Assembly (NCBI GenBank): GCA_964270895.1
Contig: OZ185436.1
Strand: one strand, 5' to 3'
DNA from: Podarcis filfolensis
Taxonomy: Eukaryota
DNA: 64,000 nucleotides
Below the pieces are notes generated by a model. The model had not been told where the DNA came from, ran no database searches, and worked only from the letters and a program-made list of their open reading frames with translations. Both the position numbers and the translations under genes were made by a program. The stretch's first letter is position 1. Every line of letters begins with the position of its first letter. Below are positions 47,397-63,039 of the stretch, piece by piece.

Positions 47397-47575
47397 CTGA
47401 AATCTTCTGACCCAATTACTTCTGTGTAGTACATCACTTTGCACTTATGAGATGAGACCTGTAGAGATGCCAAGACATCGTCCACACGAGGCAAGCTGGT
47501 TGTAGCACAAGCAGGCATACTGTGAAACTTCCACTGGAGAATGTAGAAACCAGGCCACCTTGTCACATGGGACCC
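47397..47575 (-). CDS. SEC14L1: SEC14L1 exon (GOLD domain) GSHVTRWPGFYILQWKF...EVIGSEDF(R)
   Basis: 179 nt, AG/GT boundaries, in frame with neighbouring exons. Confidence 0.96.
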
Positions 47576-48549
47576 CTGAAAGCAAAGCGGGGGGGGGGGG
47601 AGGGAATCCCAATGAGCTTCATTCACAACTCTGGTTTGTGACTCATAGTGAAGAAGCAACAGTATAAATCTTCTCTAAAACTGTTTACTCCAACAACAAT
47701 CCTGAAACAAACCCCATGCAGGTGGTCTGTAGGCAACTTGAACAGAAGGTTTAGCCTTTATAGCTGGAGTCAGTCAAGGCCCCACCTTCCCCAGATGGAC
47801 CATAGGAACCAGGTCTTCCAGGACTCACAGCTAGATAATCACCTCTCAAAATGTTGTATGTGGCCATTTTAGTGTTGTGGGAAACTGATGGGCTGCAAAG
47901 TGTTTCAGCCTTACAGTTGTGGTGATACTCAGCTCCCCCAACCCCCATTGGCTGGATCATCTTCTCAAATACTTGATTGATATATCTGGGGATAGGAAGT
48001 GGCTGGCAATCCCAGGGCTTTCCTTTTAAAAACTGACCAGCACCATCCTAAAATCCCTTACCATTCCACAGCAAACAGTAAGGCTACATACATTCAGTAA
48101 GGCCACTCATGACGCAAGGCAACTATTCATTGGAACTTAAGAATTCTCTTAGATCTGCCCAGTTACTGTTGGTTGTGATCAGATAGCTCACCCCAAGAGT
48201 GCTGTAGTCCAGCGATGGAAACCCTGTAGCCCTTGAGGCATTACTGACTACAGCTCCCATCATCACTTAAGTTACGCTAGCTGGGGTTGATGTTGCATTG
48301 GGAGTCAAAACATCTCCAAGGGCATAGAATTGGAAGGGATCAAGAGGGACATCTAGTCCAACCTCCTGCAATGCAGGAGATTTTTGCCTAATGTGGAGCT
48401 CAAACCCACAACTCTGATATCAAGAGTCTCATGGGTTTCCCAACCCCTGCTGTAGTCTCTTGTTAGCAATTCCAGTGACTTCTGTTTGGGGTAGAAGCCA
48501 GTTGAAAGTAACCTAACAACATGGATTTTGCCAAGAGGCTGGTTCTCAC

Positions 48550-48801
48550 CTGCACGCTCTCCCCTTCTTTACAGCTAAGCGGAGACTCCACCATGCTGTA
48601 GTCCCGCCCCAGCTGCCAGGCTTTGTCTATCAGTTGCACATTATTGCCACCGGGAGAAGTAATGCTGTGGGCCCCCAGGGAGTCCTTTTTTGGAGGCTGT
48701 GGTGCTCTCTTGGAGTGATAGATGTTAAATACAATGTCACCTTTGCAAACATCAAAATCCCAGGTGATCACAGACGAAGCTTCCACAATCTGAATGAAGA
48801 T
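48550..48801 (-). CDS. SEC14L1: SEC14L1 exon (GOLD domain) IFIQIVEASSVITWDFDVCKGD...KEGESVQ
   Basis: 252 nt, AG/GT boundaries. Confidence 0.96.
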
Positions 48802-50311
48802 CTAGAGAGTTGGAGGATAATTATATTAAAAGCTCGGTCAAAGCAAAAAGCCTTTCAACGAGAAGAGCCAATTTGGCGCTGCTGTCAAATTCCACACACT
48901 TTGAATGCTCTGGCGTAGAAACCCTCTGTGTTTATATTTGCTACAAAACCTGCTATGAGGGATTCTGTAACCAGATGCAAGAGTTTAATTGCTTCTGCAT
49001 CCAACTGCGTAACATTTACAAACAAACATTTTAAAAAGCAGTACAAAGTCAAATTACACAGTCAATTTTCATTTAGGCCCTACAATTAAATAAATAAAAA
49101 ACCATGTTATTTCAGAAGCCATAGAAAAGGGGGTTGGGGAAGAACGAATTCACCCTTGGCTTTATGACAGCAAGGAGATATGGCAGCCCTTTCTGCCATT
49201 TTGAAAGCTCGCTGTTTGTCAATAGTTGGATGTTAAAGCAGCATGAGAGAGCATCTAACTGGATGCATCCGATGGCATGGGAAAAGTAATCTCTTTTTAA
49301 AAAACAGCCTTGAATACTTCTAATGCAGAATACTTCTAATTCAGGGAAGTATAAATATAATATAGGCAATTGTCTGAACTTTTGTTACTTTTCATTAGAT
49401 GTTATTGTTATTCTTATTAGATGATAATTTTTGTGATTGTGGTTTTTTGCAATGTTGAGGTTTCTTAATGATGATGTGTTTTTAATTGTTGTAACCTGCC
49501 CTGGGACCTTAAGGTGAAGGCCAAGTAATAAGGCAATAATATAGGCTTTCCAGTGATCGAAAGACAGTTTCTACATCTAGCATATCTCTGTCCTGCTGCT
49601 TTAAGGAAATGCAGATTAAAAGACTGGCCCTTCAATAAATGCTGCTGGGGGAAAATAGGTGGCTCAACTGCATCAATATTCTTCCAGTTACCACATAATA
49701 AAAATGTAGATTAAAAGTATGCTACAGGCACCAACTGAGTATATTCAAAGTGCACCGCATCTTGTTTTCTGCAAAAAAAAAGTTTAGTAAGGGAGGGGGA
49801 GTCAAGGGTTGCCTTCACAGCAGGATTAGGAACAGTCATTTGAGCAGTGCTCAAATTACAGGTGGGCCAGAAGGGCTTGACCCCCTTATCTTTTTGAGGC
49901 AGCCCCCTTGCTACTACTTTTAGCAGACTGCAGGGAAGCAATGTTAGACTAAAAATGGGGGTGGAGTTGTGTGCCTCTCTACTTCTTCCCCTTATTTCAG
50001 CATTGTTCACCAACACAAGCTCATAAGAAAGGACTTAGAAAGAACTAAGAAGATGTTTCAGAAAGTCCACTCTTACCAATAACTGTTCATGTGAGGCCGG
50101 CTTGCATTACTAACAAAACAGCTGAACAAAGCTGAATAAGATTTGAGCTCCTCCGTTGTGAATAGAAAATGCTTAAGGTAGCATTTTTCTAACTGTGGAA
50201 GAGAAGAAGATGATTCCTCTACTGAGCTGAACAATTATTTTGAGAGTGGACCAGCTGAAATATCATCTGAAGCACCTCTAATTGCACAAAGTTGGCATGA
50301 AGCCCATGTCA

Positions 50312-50569
<258 letters not shown>

Positions 50570-51014
50570 CTACTCAAACAGATCACACCTCAGAAAGAAT
50601 CTGCTCAGAAGTAAAGCTCTTAATGGATGTGAGTTATCATTGAACAAAGACACCGAAGAACACATGTGAATTGGTTTTTAAAAACTGTGTGTGTGTCCCA
50701 CCCCTTACAATTTCATATTGGTTCAACAAGACCAAACTGCAAGTTTGTCTGTTTGGAAAATTTATATAGTGGGTTAGACCCTCCACCCCATATTCTTATG
50801 CGATTCACCTGGTGCTGTTGTTTTTACAGCCAAAATGGCAACAGCCACACAAGGTGATCATTAGCAGAGTTGGGTAACCCTGAGAACTGCAGGAGTATAA
50901 ACAACCTTTCAGGGAACCAGTGATTCTAGATGCATTTGTTAATTAGAATTGCAGTGTGCTCCACTGATTGAGTTATCTGAATGTAGGGAATAGTGGGGGG
51001 GGGGGTTTACACAC

Positions 51015-51830
51015 TTGACAGTGGGGCTTCCCTCGTGCTTGATCCCGAAGGTGCAGTTAGTGCAGAATGCCATAGCAAGAGTGCAGGCCCGATGTCAGCA
51101 TATAGCACAGCTCTGCTCTGTGTTATACCAGATCTGCACTGGTTGCCCATTTGCTACCGGGCCAAGTTCAAGGTGTTCCTATTCGTATATAAAGCCCGTA
51201 ACAACCTGGGACCAGTTTGCCTACAAGATCGCCTTACCCTACACATGGCCACTCGACCGCTTGGATCAGTGTAACTGCCACTACTTACAGGTTGCCACAT
51301 AATATCTGTTCTGCATTTGTAAGAACTCAATTCCACTTGGAACTCCCTGCTTATTGAGATTAAGCAGGTGCCTTCCACTGTACTATTTCCGGCACCTGCT
51401 AAAAACATTACTGTTTAGACAAGCCTACCCAGACGTGAGTGGCGCTGTGGTCTAAACCACAGAGCCTAGGGCTTGCCGATCAGAAGGTTGGCGGTTCGAA
51501 TCCCCGCGACAGGGTGAGCTGCCATTGCTCAGCCCCTGCTCCTGCCAACCTAGCAGTTCGAAAGCACGTCAAGTGCAAGTAGATAAATAGGTACCGCTCT
51601 GGCTGGAAGGTAAATGGCGTTCCCGTATGCTGCTCTTAGTCATACTGGCCACATGACCCGGAAGCTGTATGCCGGCTCCCTCAGCCAGTAAAGTGAGATG
51701 AGCACTGCAACCCCAGAGTAGTCGGCAACTGGACCTAACGGTCAGGGGTCCCTTTACCTTTACCCAGATGTTTAGAAAGCTAAAGTAATTTTAATCTGTA
51801 TTAGTATTTAAATGTTTGCATATTTTAACA
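51015..51830 (+). mobile_element. L2 LINE 3' fragment interrupted by a Sauria SINE
   Basis: Translates as ...DLHWLPICYRAKFKVFLFVYKARNNLGPVCLQDRL...; 3' UTR ...gacaagcctacccaga resumes at 51761 tacccagatgtttag. Confidence 0.75.
51434..51760 (+). mobile_element. Sauria SINE with an 8-bp TSD
   Basis: Typical body and acctt tail; TACCCAGA at 51426-51433 and 51761-51768. Confidence 0.9.
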
Positions 51831-51960
51831 TAGGGTTGTACATTTTTTATTTTTATCTGCTGTGCCCCACTTCTGGGTGGTGGTAGTTTTTACAAACAAG
51901 CAGTGTAGAAATTTTATGGAATAAAGAAAATAATCAATGAAAGCAGTTCTGCTACAACTA

Positions 51961-52302
<342 letters not shown>

Positions 52303-52526
52303 TCACTTGCCAAGAAGGCTGTTGACACCAAGTGAGTCCAGTCCCCGGATCCTCAAATGGCTTCAAGAGGATACTTTTACTATTGGTGATACTCATAAAA
52401 GTGGCATGCTCAAGAGGTGAACTATTCCACCAGGCCACATTACTACTGTATGTAACTGGATTGTTTTTGGTTACAGAAATGATGCTCCCTATAAAAAAAC
52501 AACGTTGCAAGTGTTGACCATGGCTA

Positions 52527-52799
<273 letters not shown>

Positions 52800-52969
52800 T
52801 CACTAAATGTGTCTTTTTAAAACAAAACAAAAACCTCCCCACAGCTCCCCCAAAATCAGATTTGCTGAAGAGGTTTGTATCAATCACTAGAAAGCTGTTT
52901 TACTCTAGCTCTCCTTGCCTTACGCTGTTGGGTGCATCACTAAACTGACAACATTCAAAGCTTCTAGGG

Positions 52970-53106
52970 CAGGCATGGCCAAACTTGCCCTTCCAGCTGT
53001 TGATGGGACTACAGTTCCCATCATCCCTGACCATTGGTCCTGTTAGCTAGGGATGATGGGAGTTGTGGTCCCCAAACAGCTGGAGGGCCAAGTTTGGCCA
53101 TGCCTG
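52970..53106. mobile_element. Palindromic hAT MITE (same family as 36778-36913) with 8-bp TSD
   Basis: TIR caggcatggccaaactt / aagtttggccatgcctg. Flanks ttctaggg (52962-52969) and ttcaaggg (53107-53114). Confidence 0.88.
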
Positions 53107-53545
53107 TTCAAGGGAGTCCCCAGTGTCACAAAACTCCCTTTCATCTATACTCTGGGTGTGAGGGATGACAACCTGTCTTCGCCCTGAATGTGGAACAGGC
53201 GAAAATCTACTTCCAAGTGCCACACAAGGCCTGGAAAGCCGTTTTCCATGTTTTCCTAAACGTTTGGCTGAAACTCATGTGAGATGTGTCCTCCTAATTC
53301 ATTTGTGGGCCATGCACCTCACTTTGAAATCATGGCTTTGGGCATGATGCACTGCAGTGGCCAAACATGGCGTGCCATTGCATCTGTGGGCACGGGGATA
53401 GGTTGGAGCCCTCATACACAGGAATTTCACAAGTATATCCCCTTAGCTAACATATGAATCAATATTAGAGTGATTAGCATGGAGTCTCTCAACACTTCGC
53501 ATTCAACTAATCATTATATTTCATTTAACAGTTATTCTCTTTTAC

Positions 53546-53616
53546 CTTATAGGTCTTCCAAACACTTTTGTATTTTCTTCACACCTCCTCAGTCCTTCTT
53601 CGTTAATAGAGAGAAC
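53546..53616 (-). CDS. SEC14L1: SEC14L1 exon VLSINEEGLRRCEENTKVFGRPI(S)
   Basis: 71 nt, AG/GT boundaries; absent from the ORF track, read by hand. Confidence 0.95.
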
Positions 53617-54789
53617 CTAAACACACACAAACAAAAATGAGAAACAAGCATATTGCAGAGATGCTGTGGCAGAATAGCCATGGTGAAAATCGGGACAAAG
53701 AGAACTGCTTCTATCATCTCTGTTTTACCTTTGAAAGGAGATAATCATCCCGTTCCTGCTTTCCCAATTCACTGATTCTACAGACTTTTCTGATGTTCCC
53801 CTAACTTAATTTCTGTGTTATGTTTCTGCTTTATGTTTGTCAGCAATAATAGAAAAAGCTACCCATCCTCATGTTTGGAAGTCTCAGAAACTGAACTGAG
53901 CCCCCCCCCCCCCCCGGCAAATGTGGTAGGAATGTGAGGTAGGGTTGTGGGGGAGAGAGACTGGAGTAAGTATACCATTGAAAGACTTTAGAATATGAAA
54001 TTCCTCTGGATAATGGAAGGCCTGGGCTAGGTGGGAGCAGCCAGAATTCTATATGCACGGAAACTGGAGTTCTTTGTTATTTTCAGTCTAACAAAATGTG
54101 CTAGTTTTCCAATAATGTAACCCCTCTGCCCCCTTCATTAGTCCATTCTTGAATAGATTACGTTCTTGACAAAGAACAGGTATTTAATAAAGCTGGATTG
54201 ATTGCATTAATATTCCACATTTTCTCCAAGGAGCTCAAAGTGACATACGTAGTTCTCCCCTCCCTTTAATCAGACAAACTGCTGCATGATAAAAAGTTGC
54301 AAGCGCTGGCCCAGGGAAAAACTACAGACCAAACTCCATAACTTTTTTGTCTGGCTATACCACAGAATGTTATGGGATGAGGTAATATAGTGGACTGTTC
54401 TACTTCACAGTGAGGAAATCGCCTTTTTGCAAATCCCCATGCACACACTAGAAACCTGGCAAATGGGAAACAAGCTGGCTTAGAAACTCTCCCCTAATGT
54501 GCTTCTTTTCCCCCTTTGCAATGCTGACATTTTTATTTTTAAAATGGGAACGTTAAAAAAAAACAAAACACCACCACCTACAACCGGAGGTAATGCAAGC
54601 CACTCTCTGACCTCAGGATTCCACCACCTCACCTTCCTGCATATGTAAACCACAAAGTAAGACAACTCCACCCAACTCACAAAGAACAAAACAAAACTTC
54701 TGATATTCTGGCAGAACAGTGTGAAAAAGGAACACAGATTGACGAAGACAGCCACAGTGTGCTCATCTTTCTAATGCGAAGCAGAGCTA

Positions 54790-55068
<279 letters not shown>

Positions 55069-55980
55069 TTAACTCCATCACCTCATTAGGAACTCGTATT
55101 AGCAAGAATCCTGGGGTGAAGGAGAGGAAGAAACACACTTTGTATGTTCTCATTAACGTTGTAGGAAACAGGACGATGCTGGCAACTTGGCACAAAACTA
55201 TAAAAAAATTAGGCTGCAGGACCAATTTAATGTATTGGTCAATATTATCTGAATAATTGCAGCTTTCAGTTTTATCTGAATAATTGCAGCTTCAGGCAGA
55301 ACAGCCTTGGGAAAGCTTAACATTCCTACAGTCTGAGCTATTAATGGAATGCAGCTAGATGAAAACCTAAAACTATTCTTTAACCCAAAGTGTGTGGCTT
55401 TGAGGATTGAATAAAATCTTTTATAAGTTTGTGAGAAAACTGTAGAAACTTTAGTACTTGAAAGCAGAATACTTGGCACACACACAAAAAGACAAAAGTT
55501 GCTGTGAGCCCCTTTAAAAGTTTAGGTATTTCACTTAAAGCACAACTTGATGCAGTAAAGCGTTATTATTTTTCCCCCACCATGAAGGCTTGTTTTTTTA
55601 TTTAAAAAAATCAAGCTGAATTTCTCAGAATACATTATTGCCACCTTTTATTCTTTGAAGCACAGCTTTCAGGGGCCGAGTAATTTTAACAGTGGCAATA
55701 TTTTGTTTAAAACACTATCTTTAGAAGCAGAGATAACAAACACATCTCCTCGCTTGTTCCAACAAATGCACACTGTGTGTGTCTTTTGGACCACGTTTCT
55801 GAAAACTATGCTTTCATGACTTCAATCCTGCCCGAATGATGCTTGAAAACAGCGTAGTGATTCAGAAGCATTTTGTTCCTACCTCTGCAGGAATGTTCAA
55901 GGGACATTTAAAAAATCTACAGAGAACCTTTCCTATGGCCCCTTTTGCTACACATACCAGCCAAAGTGAATAATGGGCTA

Positions 55981-56217
<237 letters not shown>

Positions 56218-56636
56218 TCAGTGAAAGGGGGCTGAAAGTTACAAACCAGCTGATTCCAAAGTTATCTAAACGGTGGAGGTGAATTTCATTTGCTACTGAG
56301 CAATATCCATTTTACACCCTCAGAGCAGAAAACTGGGGCAGCTGCCTTAATTGATTAGATTTAAATCTACTCTGCATAAATAACTTGTTCTAGTATTTAC
56401 ATTACTGTTTACACCCAGCTTTTGAGGCAAATTGCCAACCCAAGGTGGCTTACGGTATCTTTGATAAAACAATAGTGTTAGGTATTGCATGCTCTTTAGA
56501 TGGTGCACATGAGTCAAAGGAAGTTTCTCTTAGATGAGGCTGTCCCCATCCCTTTCACTCATGGAGAACCAGGAAGACACCAGCAGTAGAGAACTAAAGA
56601 AGAAAAATAGCTATTGCTCACGAATACAGGTTGTAG

Positions 56637-56832
56637 CAGAGCTTTCCAAACTTTTCATGTTGGTAACACACTTTTTAGACATGCATCATTTCATGACACA
56701 GCAATTCAGTTTTACTAGCAAACCAGAGGTTAATGTAATCCCTTTCCCTGGGAGGAGCATGAGGAGTGTTCATGCGACACACCTACACACTGCAGCCGAC
56801 ACACTAATGGGTCACGACACACAGTTTGGATT
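56637..56832 (+). mobile_element. Degenerate hAT/Charlie-like MITE
   Basis: 5' end cagagctttccaaact with repeated (c)gacacac subterminal motifs; 3' TIR eroded (cagtttgga); no TSD found. Confidence 0.4.
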
Positions 56833-57065
56833 ACAGTATCTCCATTTAGGTCTTTACATCATGGTTGCAGGCAGGGATACAAGCATCAAGAGAACAGCAA
56901 AGAAAACTACTGAAGCCCTCTCTACAAATTCCATGAAATTTGGATGAGAAAAGATGGAGTAAGCAGGAAATAGTAAAACGGGGTGGTTGTATGTTTTCTG
57001 CTATAGTATAGCTGTTAGACTTTTAGCAATTAACAGGAGGCAATCAGTAAAAGAAGGAGACTCCT

Positions 57066-57089
57066 CACACACACACACACACACACACA
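57066..57089. repeat. (CA)12 microsatellite
   Basis: Direct reading. Confidence 0.9.
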
Positions 57090-59108
57090 TGCATACAATC
57101 ACAAAAATAGGATTAAAAATCTGAATGAGATTCCCAATAGCACTTGTCAGTTTACCCCCTTTTGTGGACAATGACCACAGCACAGCACACTTTGCCATTC
57201 ACAGCATTGCTGTTCATGTGCCCCAAGAGGGAAAAAAGCAAGCTGGGAAGTTTTTGCACACTTTGTAAGAAAGTTGTTTGTTATTCCTTTGCTCTATCTG
57301 TGTTAAACTACAACTGACTTACAACGCCATCCTGAAAAGCATTACTTTATGCCACCTCCAAGCAGACCAGAATGAAAATGTGTGTTAAAGAGATGAACAG
57401 CTAGAGCGGGGTATGAGAAAATAGCAAATCAAAGCTGTGATGAGATTTTTGTTCAAAAAAATCAGATGGAAATGTCATCAGTTCTTTAGTTTAATCCACA
57501 GAAAAATGGGTACAATCAGGCAAGACATTTAAGAGACGAGAAGTGAAATGGCAGACACTCAAGGGTTTTGCAGTGAACTGGATAACAGAGTTAAGCCGGG
57601 ATACATCTGCATTGAAGATCAAGCAACTAAGTAAATATTGGGAAAGTAATTAAGGAGATTTTTCTTATATGGCAGATAGCATAAAAATAAGCAGGTTTGA
57701 AAGAAAGAGCGCTAGTAGTTACAAATCTGGAACAAAATATAGCCCAGATTTTGAAAATATAATCAACTTTTGGCCTCTACATCAGAAAATTACTTAAGAG
57801 TGGTGAGAGGTAATGCTTGAAGCATCCTTTTCTTTTACTGCTAATGGAGCCAAATTAAATCAGACATTCTAGATGCTAACATGACATAATCATGATTTAA
57901 AAGTGATTTAAACTGAGCTTCTGCCCTATAGCTCTAAAGATAATATTAGGCTAGAGAAAATGACCATGTCTAAATACTGGATGGAAACTGGAAGCTGTAG
58001 GAGTGAACAAGCTGACTTATGATAGAAGGAAAGTGCAAGAAAGAAACTTAAGGAAACACAAAAAGCACAGGCCGGTGTGAACAAACCACCACATTGGTGA
58101 GCAGAGAGGCACAGAAACTTTGCAAGCTGGTGAGGTGGGGGGGGGGTGCTACATTGATTTTGCAAACAAATGATGGAAAGTTAGAATGAACCACAATCCA
58201 TTTGAAGTAGCACATCCACCCCAAGAGATCAGGGCACAATGTGGCTTCTAATGTGGAGCTGGAAGCTTTGGATTCAAATTGAGTTTAGCTAGGTACTTAC
58301 TATGTGGAAAGCAGCCTTCAAACTTAGGGTGGCTTCGTGTGCTATACAGCAACAAATACGTATTTACCACTAGTGGGGTACATTCCTTGAGCAGCCACAG
58401 CTATTCACAATTCCCTGGATCACGTTGTGCCCATCTCTCTCCTATGCGAAGTTTTCTCCCTAAACTTCAGACTTAGAACTGAAGCTAACTTTTATTTTAA
58501 ATAGCTTACTCTTGAAGTACTTGCTGTGGAAGGCGGGGAGAACAAAACAGGAAATTGGAATTTGGCTGTTGCGGTATTGCAGGAAAGATGTATTTGCATG
58601 TCCAACTGGCCTTTAGTTTTATGCTAGTCATATAATCTCAGTGCAACGTTCCATGAATTACGGACCACCTGCCCAAGTGTGCAGTCTTGCATGCTTTCAA
58701 ACTATGCTGTGAGAAAGGCATGGCAGTGGTTAACGGAGGAATGTCGTTAACAGGAGCCTCCTTGCAAGCAACTAAATCAATCTCCAAGCAGGACACAGTA
58801 AAACTGGTTGATTTGTTGACATTTCAATTTTATGCTTCTACAATACATAACCTTTAGCATATATGAAAGGATATCTAGGCTACCAAGCCAAAGCTTTGTT
58901 TTCTTTAAGTATAAAAGCATCTGGTCTCTGCACTCTGGGAAGTAGATTTAAAGATTAGACTTTACAGCACACAGAAAAACTAAAAGGTATCAGGTTCAAA
59001 CTAGTCCAAGGCCATCTTATGTAAAAATGTCCATTCCCTTGGATGGATTATTGACATGCTGCCAGACCATCTTGCATGCTGTGCACTTTTCCGATGAACA
59101 GGAAGTCA

Positions 59109-59252
<144 letters not shown>

Positions 59253-59706
59253 TTACACAAATGCTATTAGAATCAATGATTGCTGGATCAATTAACAAAT
59301 GGCTTTCAGTATGCATTCTTCAAGTTGAAGCTCTGGCTTGTCCTTTTGCAGAGCAAGCTGCCATTTTTAATACATAGTTTGAAAAGAATGAAATGCTACT
59401 AGCTGAGCTGTTTTTCTTCCACCAGCTCCAGCTAGGCATCACCCTAGTCAATACTGGGTGCCTTTCCCCCACTCAAAGTTTCTGTTAATAAAATGCAACC
59501 TACAGATTTTATATCTGAAAACATATCAGTGTACAGTTGTTTGTGCTATTTATGCTGTGCGGCTAAAATCATTTTGGCTATAGAAATTGAAGACGTTCAG
59601 CACAGAAATAGAGATTCACCAACTCCTTGCTTAAACTATAGCTGTTATATTAATGGAGACGCACAAAATAACCCCAAAAGGCAGACAGGGCAGGCAAACA
59701 ACGCAC

Positions 59707-59938
59707 CATCGGGTGTTCCAGCTGTGGGCTCTGATGCATTGTTGCAATTGTTGATTTCCTTAGGGCTAAGTCCCTCCTTGGTGGTAGTTTCAGGTATGTT
59801 GATTGGAGGGGACAGTGGTCGCCTTACATGAGATGCACCACGTTCAAACGTAAATTTAGCCGGGGGACTCCAACGAGGAATATAATTAATTCCCTCCTCT
59901 TCTAGCTGATTCAAGTAGTACTCGATTATTTCTTTGCC
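59707..59938 (-). CDS. SEC14L1: SEC14L1 exon GKEIIEYYLNQLEEEG...EPTAGTPD(D) (end of PRELI domain plus variable linker)
   Basis: 232 nt, AG/GT boundaries, phase consistent with neighbours. Confidence 0.94.
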
Positions 59939-60145
59939 CTTTGAAAACAAGGCAATTCTTTAGTCAATGCACTTCTCTTTGGGCATATGTTTTCAGAGAA
60001 AATTGCACTATTAGTTCTTCCTTATGTAAAACAAGATGTAATCCAAGAAAGTGAGAGCCCCACTACATGCTTCTACATTTCAGCATCACCCACCCCTAGA
60101 GCATGAACTAGTTTAGAAAAGAATGAACCCATTTCCATGGTACTT

Positions 60146-60387
60146 AAAGGTAAAGGTACCCCTGACCATTAGGTCCAGTTGTGGCCGACTCTGGGGTTGC
60201 GGTGCTCATCTCACTTTATTGGCTGAGGGAGCTGGTGTACAGCTTCCGGGTCATGTGGCCAGCATGACTAAGCCGCTTCTGGCAAACCAGAGCAGCACAC
60301 GGAAACACCGTTTACCTTCCTGCCAGAGCAGTACCTATTTATCTACTTGCACTTTGACGTGCTTTCGAACTGCTAGGTGGGCAGGAA
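60146..60387 (-). mobile_element. Sauria SINE, 5'-truncated
   Basis: aaaggtaaaggtacccctgacc...tacctatttatctacttgcac is the reverse complement of the Sauria body and tail. Confidence 0.88.
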
Positions 60388-60948
60388 CTACACCAACTCA
60401 AAAGTCACAAGGAGACCTAGGGCAATGTGTTTGCCCACCGACTGCTTTTTGGCCAAGCATGGATACAGCTGGTCTGGGAAGCATGGAGCTCCCACTTTTG
60501 ACAAAGGCAACTGAGCATCTCTTCTACATACGGGTTAAAGCCTGGGCACAATAAGCTAGGCAACCTCCTATTTTTGACAAGTTGTTCTATTCTTGTGGGG
60601 AAACTTCTTCTAAAGCCGCATGCTATTTGGCACAGTATGATTTAAAGTACTGACAATCCAAGCCATGCTTGCAGTTGGGCAACTGCCTCTAGGGAGATAA
60701 AAAACAAAACAAAACAGTATCTTTATTTACTTTGTTATAACAAAGAGTTTAAGCTCCTATGACGCATTCCAGAAACCGCATAATCAATTGTCAAATCACA
60801 AAGTCAGTGCACACGCAGGCTCCTCTATTTGCAACAAGAGCAGATTAATCAATATTGTCTAAATAAGAATGCACCATTCATAGAGGACAAGAGCAGCCAC
60901 CAAAAAAGCCAAACCTGGCCGGACAAACCCCAAATGGGCTCAAAATCA

Positions 60949-61182
<234 letters not shown>

Positions 61183-62621
61183 TCAAGTATCACAAGAAAT
61201 TCTGAAGTACAGCATACCATGTTCTTTTTTAGTGCAGCCAACTGGCGTGCTCACCAATGCACAACACAACTAAGCTTTAGTTTAAAGCTGCACCATTATG
61301 CAATGTAAACCACAGTGGCTTAAGACTGCCAATGTACTTTGGTAAAGGACTTAGGTTTTAAAATAGTAATCGACCTAAGCGGGCTCTATAAAGCTCACAT
61401 TTATGAGTTTTCAGTTCTCTTGGTTATTAGTCCCATTTCAAGATCCAAAAAGGCAAGACACATGTGTAATCCCTGCATTTCAGCATAACTATTTCAAGTA
61501 TTCACATTCAAGTTATTGGTGCAACTCTTCGCTAGTTTCTCAACATGGCTTCCACCATCACAGAAGTCAACTTTTCTCAATTCCTGTCACAAATCACACA
61601 AGTCATCCTGAAAACTGCCACAGAGAAAGGAATTGCTGTGCATTGTCTAACTCATGGCATAAGGAATTTAACAGCCTGTTCCTGTGCAGACTTAGGCATT
61701 CCTACATTCACTGGAGTTTATTAATTTGGCTAATATAACTCTGCATATGGCAAGGCTGAAAGCAGAGATCTGGCACATTTAACTTGGGCAGGCAACTCCT
61801 GTACTTTGCTAAATTAATTCTACTTGGAAAATTATGACTGATTATGGTGGATGCCTTCAAAGTAATTCTAGAGGAATATTAAATGTTTGGGATTAGCAGC
61901 CAGAATTAAAATTGGGTTTTAGTATTCAAAATGCCACACACTACTCCTATTTCTTCTTAGCAGCTAAGAGTTTTTATGGCTGCTGCGATGTTGTCACCTC
62001 TCTGAAGAGAAGCAGCAGCCTAAAACTGAAGAAACTGAATTGCTAGCTCTAGCTTTTTCAGCTCTTTAAAAGAAAAAGAAAAAGAAAAAAAAGCAGACAG
62101 CGAACATAGGCTTGATTTATATGCCTATTTCCCCATGTATTTAGATTTTCCTGTTGGCAAGAATGTGGAAACTTATGCATGCAACAGAGTTCTTTACCTT
62201 GCATTGATTGTCTGCTTTTCCTAAAAAAATAAATCATGGCTGTCTGCAAGTTTAAAAAACACTGGGACAAGAACTTGTCGGCTCACCTGCATCATATCCT
62301 ATGCCCTGGCACTACATACTACCAAGTAGGAGTCTGAACACCTGCTAGCACCCGTGCAGACTTAAATCAGAATGAAAATGAAGTGTTCTGAACACATGCC
62401 AGTCCTAACTTATTCAATATGTTTGTACTGCCTGAGCACAGAATGTTAAATATGACTAGATCTGATATTTCAGTGTTGTGGGATTCTGTCCAAGTTACCC
62501 AGCTCAAAAATGCCAGCAAAATATGTGCAGCATTAAACTTCTTATTGAAGGAAAAGCCAAAGTGCAAACCTCCACTGAAGGCCCCCAAAGGCTAAAACCA
62601 CACCAACCTGCCTTGACTCAC

Positions 62622-62753
62622 CGTGTAACAGCAGTGTTCATTAATGACGACCCTATTTGAGAAGGTCTCATTGTGGGCCTCTATGTGCAAAGTGCGGTCT
62701 CTTCTGTTCAGTGAGTTCTTCTGGATGAAGTAAACATAATCAACCCCTGCAAT
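62622..62753 (-). CDS. SEC14L1: SEC14L1 exon IAGVDYVYFIQKNSLNRRDRTLHIEAHNETFSNRVVINEHCCYT
   Basis: 132 nt, AG/GTGAGT boundaries; PRELI/MSF1 domain. Confidence 0.96.
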
Positions 62754-62844
62754 CTGAGAGAAGGGAAGAGGCAAAGTTAAACTGGAGTAGCAGCAGCCTT
62801 GCAGACAGCTATACAGGCCCATCTATTCAGGCCAACCATTGTTA

Positions 62845-63039
<195 letters not shown>

